64,000 bases of DNA from Eledone cirrhosa (Eukaryota). Position 1 is the first letter of the stretch. Every line of letters begins with the position of its first letter. Made by a program: the position numbers and the translations under genes. The notes beneath the pieces are model-generated. The model was given only the letters and a program-made list of their open reading frames with translations, made no database searches and had not been told where the DNA came from. The stretch spans positions 348,688,001 to 348,752,000 of the forward strand of contig OZ024741.1 of NCBI GenBank assembly GCA_964016885.1, read 5' to 3'. Below are positions 53,863-64,000 of the stretch, one piece after another.

Positions 53863-53904
53863 AGAAAAAAAGAGAATCAGTGCTGCGACGAATGGAATTT
53901 ATTG

Positions 53905-54000
53905 GACATATTACAATCGTTTCTCTGGCGACCAGCTCGAGGCACGATCGATGTGATGATCGAACCTGACTCTGAAAATCGCAAGGTCCTCAGATACGTC
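53905..54000 (-). ncRNA. Type-I hammerhead ribozyme in a solo PLE-like terminus (53861-54005)
   Basis: gacgtat-CTGAGGA-ccttgcga..tcgccaga-GAAAC-gatt-GTA-atatgtc; 7-bp stem I; aataaa just downstream. Confidence 0.75.
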
Positions 54001-54027
54001 TTTATTCTACGAAGCAGATTTTCCAAT

Positions 54028-54095
54028 TATATATATATATATATATATGCTGAAAATTTGTTATATAAATATATATCGATATATATATATATATA

Positions 54096-54187
<92 letters not shown>

Positions 54188-54259
54188 GATAAATCTACCA
54201 AGAGTTTACGGTAGTGTCCAATCCGTATGTGTGTATATATGTATATATATATATATATA

Positions 54260-54338
<79 letters not shown>

Positions 54339-54434
54339 ATGTGTATATATATGTATATATATATATATATGTGTGGGTATGTATGTGTATGGGTGTATAT
54401 GCATGAGTGTGTTTTATATGTGTGTAGATATGTG

Positions 54435-54479
<45 letters not shown>

Positions 54480-54697
54480 TGTGAATGGATATATATATAT
54501 ATATATGTATGTATGTATGTTTATATATATATATGCATGTATATGTGTATATGTCTATGTATTTATGTGTGTATATGTATGTGTCTCTATATGTATGCAT
54601 GTGTGTATGTGTATGTGTATTTATAGGGTGTGTGTATGTATATGTATGTGTATGTATGTGTTTATGTATATGTGTATGTATATGTATGTATATATAC

Positions 54698-54739
<42 letters not shown>

Positions 54740-54825
54740 GTATGTATATTGATGTATATTTTATATTTTACTTGTTTATATATATGTGTGTGTATATATA
54801 TATGTATATGTGTGTATATATGTAT

Positions 54826-54857
<32 letters not shown>

Positions 54858-54860
54858 TTT
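54028..54860. repeat. Long degenerate (TA)/(TG)/(TATG) tract
   Basis: Direct reading. Confidence 0.9.
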
Positions 54861-55451
54861 CTTAATATATTTCTTTTTTCTTTTTCTTTTTATTTCTAAA
54901 TTTATAGATACATTTATAAATAGGCAGCTTGCTGACACCGCTAAATACTGACCTCTCCCCCCCCCCTCCACCTACTTTCTGTATCTAAATATGTGTGGCA
55001 GTGTTTATGTGCGCGCATTAATGTCCAAATGCTTATGATAATAGTATATGCACACATACATGTGTGTGTGTGGGGGGGGGGGGTGAATGTATGTTCGTGG
55101 TTGTGTGTATGTTTATGCGTATACGCGCGTGTGTGTGTGAATGTACGTATATGTGTGAGTATATGAATGTGTGTATATATTTATTTTTATTTGTATATGC
55201 GTATACGTTTTTTATCTGTAGATTATAAACATACAGAGACATTAGCCTTGAATTTTTGTATTTACATACATCTTTTCGGCATGCGTATGCATGTGAACAT
55301 ATATATTTTTATGCATATCTGTGAACGAAGTTAATTACATATATACACACACCTAACTGTATAAACTTTTTGTGTTTTCATTGGTCAATTTGAACTCTGT
55401 TCCCAAACAGACCTGTAATTTTGAATTGTTGTTATTATCAATAAATATATT

Positions 55452-55604
55452 TCATTATTTCTGAAGACGGCATATATATGTGTTTGGTATGTATTTTTAA
55501 TTTTGATAGTTTGTATAATTTTGTATAATTTTGTACATAGATCTGTTGAATATGCATGCCAATTCTAACACATATATATCCTAGAAACGATCGTTAAATA
55601 ATGA
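55452..55604 (+). ncRNA. Hammerhead ribozyme with a 9-bp stem I and a ~115-nt stem II region
   Basis: tcattattt-CTGAAGA-cggcatatatatgtgtt..aacacatatatatccta-GAAAC-gatc-GTT-aaataatga; within repeat ~55375-55670 ending in (TA)n. Confidence 0.85.
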
Positions 55605-55659
55605 ACTTTTTTTGTTTAATATAAGGAACTGTTTCATTGTTTTATTCATTATTTTTTTA

Positions 55660-55698
<39 letters not shown>

Positions 55699-55987
55699 AT
55701 ATATATATATATATATAACAAATTTCCAGCATAGAAACATACATAAAATGTATTTATCAGTCACTGGTTTAGCTCCATGTATTAAATGCGAGATCAAGGG
55801 AAGTGAGATAGAAAGATTGCTTCTTATTTCTAGTATTCCGACCTTGGATTCCCCGTGTACAATCCACTTGGTGTATTCTAATATGTTAAGTTATCGAAAA
55901 TCGAGAGAAAACCGGCTCTTCAGTTGACACTCTCAAAACAAGAGATATCTTCAAGTGATCACAACGTTTTTCGAAATAGAAAAATGT

Positions 55988-56725
55988 CATAGTTTAGAGT
56001 CTACCTTTCTGGTGTGCGGGCCACATTGCTATGCAATGTGTCCTTGTTGGATCCCACACCTATGCAGTGTCTCATCGGCGGGCCATGATTTCAAATACGT
56101 AATGAGAACATAATTTAAAACGAATACACTAATGTGATAAAATACGACATTTTTAATAAACTATGATGAAACCACGATACCTGGCGGTGTATTTAGGTCA
56201 CGGTTGGCATTTGTTCAATGAAAAAATATACTTCTAATAATACCGAACGATTTTAACATAAACAAATAAATAAATATTGATTATTATCGAATACAGGCGC
56301 TTACAGATGTTTTACTACGAGACAGCAAACTCAAATGAAAAATGTTGAGGATGCCAGAAAGACTGACATTTTTAGGTAAGTCTATGTTATTGCACATCCC
56401 TGCCATACACATACTATCTATGCACATATATACACAAATACATGCACTCACAATCCCCTTGCCTCGATGTCTGACTATTCTATATGTTTGAGTTTGATTG
56501 TTTGTTATTGTCACGCAAAAGACTACATACAGTTAAGTGAGTCTTGTGGCTAGACGTGTTCTGTAGTCGTTATTCTAATCCGAAATAATTCAGAGCACTT
56601 TTTCAGGGATCGCTTAGCCTAAGACTGAAACCTGTTGGCGGGCCGGGCAAAAATCCGTCGCGGGTCGGAGGTTGCCGAAGCCTAAGATTGAAACCTGTTG
56701 GCGGGCCGGAGGTTGCCGTCCTCTG
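55988..56725. mobile_element. Possible decayed hAT-type MITE
   Basis: Right end gcgggccggaggttgccgtcctctg resembles CAGGGGTCGGCAACC-type TIRs; repeated gcgggcc subterminal motifs; ~30-bp direct repeat at 56617-56709; left end degenerate and no TSD seen. Confidence 0.4.
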
Positions 56726-57031
56726 GATTAGACATTCGGCATAAAGGCTAATAATAGATTGACAGTCGGGATATTAGATGGAGTGGTAGAAATAGATCAC
56801 TTTTCAACTTAGCTTTTCTCAACCACAAGGGAATATAGAAAAGATTGAGCACTATATTGAGAAGCGTGTATTCGTGAAATGTATTTAAGTAATATCTAAA
56901 GCGTATAAGAAGTTTAACAAAGAAAATACACCCAATGAAATTATACATATTATTTTCAATTTACAAGCAATATTCAGCCATATATTCAGTGCATGTTTAG
57001 TGTATTTCAACTCAAAAATCTACATTATACG

Positions 57032-57220
57032 CATCTCAACTCACCTTTTGAAAAGCAGAAGAACTGCGAAACCGGTAAATTAACCAAATAAATATATATA
57101 TTTTTTTTTAAAATAAGACTTCAGTTGCATTTTCGATTTCATCTCTTTTTCTTTATACTTTTACTCGTGTAGGACATCTCGGTTATTTTTCATTTTGTAA
57201 AAAAAACCTCACTTTCTAAT
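57032..57220 (+). mobile_element. Solo 3' terminus of the 32334-34305 PLE family, with a hammerhead (57044-57081) whose stem I is damaged
   Basis: Nearly identical to 34115-34305; aagg is changed to aatt in stem I; ends at (TA)n. Confidence 0.9.
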
Positions 57221-57630
57221 ATATATATATATATATATGTATACGTTGTGAGTGTGTATTTGCCTGATGAGGGGAAGCTTGTAAGAAATACCGAGAGAAC
57301 ATGTGAAAGTTTAATATTAACAATCGTCGTCGAGATAAATGATATATATGTATATATATATGTAGGGGAGGGGGGGTTATAATATTGGATAACTTGATCA
57401 AGACAAAGTCATGAATCATGATTTGAATTTATTTTATCACATACACACTCATATGTCTATGCATAAATATATTTACATATGTGTGTGTATATATGTGTGC
57501 GTATATGTGTGTATGTGTGTGTAAATATATATATATATACACATATGCACATATATATAATCATATAAATATGTATATATATATATTTATATATTCATAT
57601 TCATATATGCACACACACAGACACACACAC

Positions 57631-57690
<60 letters not shown>

Positions 57691-57775
57691 GTTGGGGGTG
57701 TGTGCATATATTTGTATAAATACATACATATTGATAGGCTGATTCAATATTAACTAGACTTTGGTTCTAAGGTGT

Positions 57776-57825
57776 GATATTTGAGAAATGTCGGAAATAC
57801 GTATGAACGGTGAAAATTTTATATT
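57776..57825 (+). ncRNA. Candidate decayed U3-A8 hammerhead
   Basis: gatat-TTGAGAA-atgtc..gaacggt-GAAA-att-TT-atatt; stem II is imperfect. Confidence 0.3.
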
Positions 57826-57963
57826 TAAAATCTCCAACGGTATTATAATTATCAGTTGTAAATGGAGAATCGGATAATAACTGTCAGGAGAAAGTCATGA
57901 ATCTCAATTTTAAAGTATTTTGTTACGAATATACATATGCTTATACACACGCACACAAATATA

Positions 57964-58112
<149 letters not shown>

Positions 58113-58336
58113 GAATGGGGGCACGCACCTTTGTACGTGTATTTGTGTGTGTGTCTTTACGTCTAAAACTATGTGTTTAGAAACTAGAATTCAGTGAATT
58201 ATATAAATGTACAGAAAGGTTACATCTATAAAATAGTAATCTTTTTTCCTGTCATCCAAGTTCGCGGGGGTTCGTTATACCGTAGCAGACAATCTGGAAA
58301 TAGTTTGTAGTGTAGAAGATGTCGATTGGTTTGGGG

Positions 58337-58384
<48 letters not shown>

Positions 58385-58414
58385 CGTATGTGTGTGTGTG
58401 TTTGTGTGTGTGTA

Positions 58415-58501
<87 letters not shown>

Positions 58502-58645
58502 GTGTTTGTGTGTGTGAGAGTGAGAGAGAGAGAAAGAGAGGGAGAGAGAGAGTTTGTGTGAATGTGATTATGTGATATTGTTCGCGTATATATATACACG
58601 AACAACAATGTGTATAATATATTACACTCATCACTGAAGCAGTAG

Positions 58646-58735
<90 letters not shown>

Positions 58736-58798
58736 TGAAATTTGCTTTAATCTTGATTTCCTCTTCGTTTGCGCAGTATCACTCGTGTTATTACTCTT

Positions 58799-58978
58799 GG
58801 ATTGGCAGTATCGGTAGAGGGTCGGACGCCATGCTTTGACGTATAGAGTTACGGCCCTTGCCATTCTGAGTTCAAATCCCGCCGAGGTTAACTTTGCTTT
58901 TCATCCTTATGGGGTTGATAAAATAAAGTACCAGTAATACACTGGGTAATTGCTGGCCGTGTGCCAAAAGTAGAAACA
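58799..58978 (+). mobile_element. tRNA-derived SINE, near full length, 12-bp TSD
   Basis: A-box-like tggcagtatcgg, B box gagttcaaatccc; TSD gttattactctt at 58787-58798 and 58979-58990. Confidence 0.93.
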
Positions 58979-59127
58979 GTTATTACTCTTTCAGTTCTGC
59001 AGAGCAGGAAACCGGCATTTCTAGTGGCTTAAAAAATATTCACTTAAAAAATGTTGCGCTTAAAAAAATATTCTTTACAAATCGTTTCTAGATTCAGGTT
59101 CTCAATACCAACGAATATATATATATA

Positions 59128-59255
<128 letters not shown>

Positions 59256-59779
59256 TGGAAGGTTAGTAAAATCGAAGCTGTGAGAGTCGGCCATCATTCG
59301 CGAAAACCACTTCGGAGTTTGCACGAATCATTCAATAAGATAAATCGATAGGGTACATCTTAGAGTAACAATCATACGTTAAATAGCGTAACAAATTGAA
59401 AACTGTGGTTTAAGGGGACAAAGGCACCACAACAACGAAAATACAGTCAGGTTAAATAAAAACCTGGACCGTATCGAAGGATATTGTAGAATATCCTAGA
59501 TTGGTTTCTATGAAACAGAATCAGTAATCCAACTTGCGCGATATGCAAGTTTGTGGTGTTTGTAGACAGAAACGCGGACTCGCGTTTTCAACAGGTTTCC
59601 TTTCTGTGCCTAGGACCAGTCTGAAGCGTTGCCGTAGATGACTAATAGTAGCAGACACTGCGTCGCTGTCACGTGTTCGTTCTCTAGCAGAGGAAAGAAC
59701 ACATCCGCGTTTTCGGCGAGAAAATTCAAAATGTATATACATATGTGTGAGTGAGTGTGTGTGCGCGTGTGTGTGTATC

Positions 59780-59841
<62 letters not shown>

Positions 59842-59971
59842 TATACACACACACACACACATGTACATTACAGAGCCGAAATACATTATAAATAGCAATC
59901 AAAAGTGTTTCGAACATTTACATGTTTTAAACACACTTTGATTGATATTGATATATATATATATATATGTG

Positions 59972-60002
<31 letters not shown>

Positions 60003-60369
60003 GGGGAGAGAGACAGAGAGAGAGAACGAGAGAGAGAGTCATGTATGTGTGTGACCTATGTTGATTATTTTATGAACATTTGAGAAATTTGAAACATTAA
60101 TATATTAGGGATGCTGCCACTACGAAAATCGCTATAAATAATAATTCATAACTGTAAACAATGCTTGACTAAGGTGGACTGCTAATGGCGTATGAAGGTG
60201 ATAAAAATAACTGCTGGAAACAAATAACTGAGCCTTTAATTATTACACGAAAATGTATCAATCGTTACCATTTACTATTTTGAGAAGTTTTACGATTAAA
60301 TATTTGCTTCATTAATGTGATAGGGGTATATTGCGTTAGTCTCCTCAACAGTCAACATGCACGCAATTT

Positions 60370-60470
60370 ATATTATATTATATTTATATTATATTATATT
60401 ATATTATATTATATTATATTATATTATATTATATTATATTATATTATATTATATTATATTATATTATATT
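60370..60470. repeat. (ATATT)n microsatellite
   Basis: Direct reading. Confidence 0.95.
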
Positions 60471-60474
60471 TTAA

Positions 60475-60552
<78 letters not shown>

Positions 60553-60676
60553 CACAGGAAATACAGCATAATCGAAGCTCTGGCTGCAGCTAATCTAACG
60601 AAAGCCATCGGAATGTGCAGCTAAGCACTCAATAAGGTATTTTACTTCAGAGTTATACATTATATATGAGTTATAC

Positions 60677-60803
<127 letters not shown>

Positions 60804-60853
60804 ATAAAAACAATGAAATAAAAACAAAGAACAGGTTCCTTATATTGAAAAAA

Positions 60854-60992
60854 TCATCATTTTACGATCGTTTCTGTGATATATATGTGTGTGTTGGTAT
60901 GTATATCATATTAAAGATCTATGTAGATATTACAAATGATCAGAGGAGATATACATTCCTTCACCTACATATGCTATCTTCAGAAATGATGA
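60854..60992 (-). ncRNA. Hammerhead ribozyme, diverged homologue of 55452-55604 with a compensatory stem I change
   Basis: tcatcattt-CTGAAGA-tagcatatg..cacatatatatcaca-GAAAC-gatc-GTA-aaatgatga. Confidence 0.85.
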
Positions 60993-61903
60993 AATATGTT
61001 TTTTGAAAGAAACAAAGTATTAATACAAAAAGTCTGTTTGGGAACGGGTTTTGAATTGACCAATAGAAAAGAGTTAGAGGTCAAGTTGATAGAATAACAG
61101 TAGTAGAAACTTTATGTTGGGAGTGGAGGAATGTAAATTTATGCTTTGAATGAAAAGAATACAATGGAGATTAGAAAGATATGGGTTAAAATGAGGTCAA
61201 GTCATTGAGATATTGAAGCATTCACAAAAAAAATGTTTGATGTTATTAAAGAATGTTAGAATTTTTTGCGGGATGAGAGTGTTAGTGAGAAATACTACTC
61301 CCGTTTAACTTTAAAGGAACCTATATACATAAAAGGAAATTAAATTAATTGATAGTTATACATACAGACTTAAAATTATATTAATTCTTATGAATGTGAT
61401 AAATAAAGAAGTAAAAAAATAAAAATAAATAAAAATATATATAGAAAGACTGAAATAGATAAAATGTTATAAAAAGTAGTGTATCTATCTAAACATCCAT
61501 AATAATAAAAAGATATTAATTATATTTACTAATTCTAGGTATTAAATGTGATAGATGGGGGATGTGATTAAAAGAAGTAGTGAGGTTAAAGATAACTTTA
61601 GGTAAAGTGAGCTGCAAGAGGGAAATAATATTATGAAATTCTTTGTAGTAAATATCTAACTATAGGTTAACTAAATTATTTTTTTTAATTAATCATAATA
61701 ATTGGTAAAATATAAGAGTGAGGTATATATTAATTAAGTTTATAATATTTGAAGGTTTTTCTAATTCTATGATTCCATGATATAATTAACTCCTGTCGCT
61801 TATATATATATATATTACTTCTCTGAGTAGATAATTTATTATTATATGTAATCCTTTCATTGGGATATCTACGTATAAGAGACAGTTAACTTTATAAATT
61901 TAT

Positions 61904-61985
<82 letters not shown>

Positions 61986-61995
61986 ATATATATAT

Positions 61996-62757
61996 AAAGC
62001 GCAGTACTACAACGAAGCGTTAGGTAGAGCTGGATATAGAAATAAAATTAAATACATTGATAATAATAATTGTTTCTACTTTAGGCACAAGGCCAGCAAT
62101 TAGCCAGTACATCACTGGTACTTTATTTTATCGACTATCGACCCCGCAAGGTTGAAAGGCAAAGTCAACCTCGGCGGGACCTGAACTCAGATCGCAAAGG
62201 GACGCAACTATGCTGGAAAGCATGGCGTCCGACCCTCTACCTATACTGCCAATCCACCGCCCTTTGATAATAATAATAATAAGCAAACTAACCAAAATAC
62301 CAATAATAACCCAAGCAATATTCAATTGAATAACTGTAACTGTAGAAATAAATCTAACTGTCCGTTAAATAACAACTGCTTAGCTAAAAATGTAGTGTAC
62401 AATTGTAATGTTAAAACTAATTTAAATTCATTTAACTATGTTGGTTCTACAGAATTTAAATTTCGCTTCAATAATCATAAAAATTCTTTCACAGATCCAA
62501 ACAAAAAATCTTCAACTTCGCTATCTAGCCTACTATGGGACCTAAAACGAGATAATGTTAAATATTCGATGACTTGGAATATTATTTCAAAAGCTACTCC
62601 TTTTAATTCCTCTTCAGAAAATTGTGATCTTTGTATTGAAGAAATATTCTTTATATTAAAGTCCAAAAATTCCCTTAATTTAAGGAACAATTTATTCAGT
62701 TGCTGCAGACATAGATTGAACTCAACGTTTAAATATAAAAATAAATTTAAAATGTAG
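61996..62757 (+). mobile_element. PLE linker and GIY-YIG remnant interrupted by a SINE
   Basis: [14 protein letters not shown]; CNCRNKSNCPLNNNCLAKNVVY..YVGSTEFKFRFNNH..CDLCIEE..LNLRNNLFSCCRH. Confidence 0.88.
62071..62263 (-). mobile_element. tRNA-derived SINE, full length, 14-bp TSD
   Basis: TSD ttgataataataat at 62057-62070 and 62264-62277. Confidence 0.93.
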
Positions 62758-63004
62758 TATAATTAATTAAGTAATTTAGTTAATATATGAAACCTGTCGA
62801 TAAATCATTAGATTCCTTCACCTTTTTTCTTTTTAAACTTTCTTCCTAAATATAAACATAGATATAATAAACTTCTCTAAAATGTCTATACTTCCAATGT
62901 CTTAAATAAAATATACGTAAGATAAATTTCTATACTAAATATAAGGATATCTGTAGAATCCTTGGGGTTTTTAAATCTTTTAAATTTTTAAATTTGTTAA
63001 ACTA

Positions 63005-63085
63005 TTTTAAATTTTTAAATTTTTAAATTTTTAAATTTTTAAATTTTTAAATTTTTAAATTTTTAAATTTTTAAATTTTTAAATT
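63005..63085. repeat. (TTTTTAAA)n tandem repeat
   Basis: About ten 8-bp units. Confidence 0.9.
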
Positions 63086-64000
63086 ATATTGATATAATAT
63101 GTATTTAACTTTTATTTTTAATTTTATTTATTTTAGTTTTGTTTTGATTCTGATAGCTTCTCATAATTTTCATAAGTCTACCCTTTCAATATCTTGATTG
63201 AAATATACGTAGGATAAATTTCTATACTAAATATATGAAACATATTATTTTAACTTAAGATACTCTATAGTATTTTAAACATATTTAATGCTTTGATATT
63301 TGTAGAATTCGTTTGTCCTTTTGACTCTACTGATATAATTGTATTTCCAAAATATAATCCTTTGGTATTTTAAATTTATATTGTTATAATTATATTTCCA
63401 AAGTATAATCCTTAGTAATATATTGATATTTGATTATCTCTATACAAATGTGTATGTGTGTATTAACATGCATATAAAAGGTTTTTTATGATTGTATATA
63501 TGTCTGTATGTATACATGAGCGATGCGGGAAGACGCACGCAAATATTTATTTATAAATATATGTGTGTATATATATATATGTATATCTATGTGTGTGGGT
63601 AAGAGATATGTTGCCTAACCACGCAGTTTTGATTGCAGATATGCATAATTTTAACAGAATGTTAAATGCATGAATGGTAATCGTATATATGAAGACATGA
63701 ATGTTGATCGTATATATTTACGTATATATTCTGTGAACTTTTTAATAACACAAGGAATGTATAGCAGTGATTAAGAGAAATCGTCTGCGTTTTTGTATGT
63801 CTATATTGTTGACTTGAGTAAATATATTTTCAGGATGTGCGTATATATATATATATATATATTTGTGTGTCTTTGCCTAAGATACTGATTTCTCTAGCAT
63901 TTTGGTTGATTAAACCCAAATTTTGGTATATAGATCTCAAGTTTTAAACTAAACATGTAGTCATTATTGAACAATGTTTGATTTCTCAGATTATATATTT

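Noticed and set aside
57263-57310. CTGATGAgg..ccGAGA motif
   Set aside because: It lacks GAAA and pairing for stems I and III
58799-58885. tRNA gene
   Set aside because: The A and B boxes belong to the SINE head; there is no cloverleaf, and it continues into the SINE body

Overview
This is AT-rich animal genomic DNA, dense in microsatellites ((TA)n, (CA)n, (GA)n, (TTA)n, (CATA)n, (GATA)n). The repeat landscape and SINE family suggest a cephalopod or octopus, which is my inference only. I found no convincing host protein-coding gene; nearly all listed ORFs are microsatellite translation artefacts or transposon relics. Recognisable elements are: a decayed autonomous Helitron (Rep + PIF1 helicase) and a non-autonomous Helitron, a nearly full-length Tx1/L1-clade LINE plus two truncated relatives, several R4/Dong-type (RLE) and RTE-type LINE fragments, about ten copies of a tRNA-derived SINE, and many Penelope-like element (PLE) pieces. 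The most striking hidden signal is non-coding: about 15 minimal type-I hammerhead ribozyme motifs from at least 8 sequence families, all read by eye. They have palindromic loop III, non-canonical cores (U3-A8, C3-A8) and one case of compensatory stem I covariation. Most sit in PLE terminal repeats next to (TA)n, and many insertions share an asymmetric inverted-repeat layout with a 3' tail on one arm only. The different retroelement clades also appear to occupy different microsatellites. Element boundaries are approximate.
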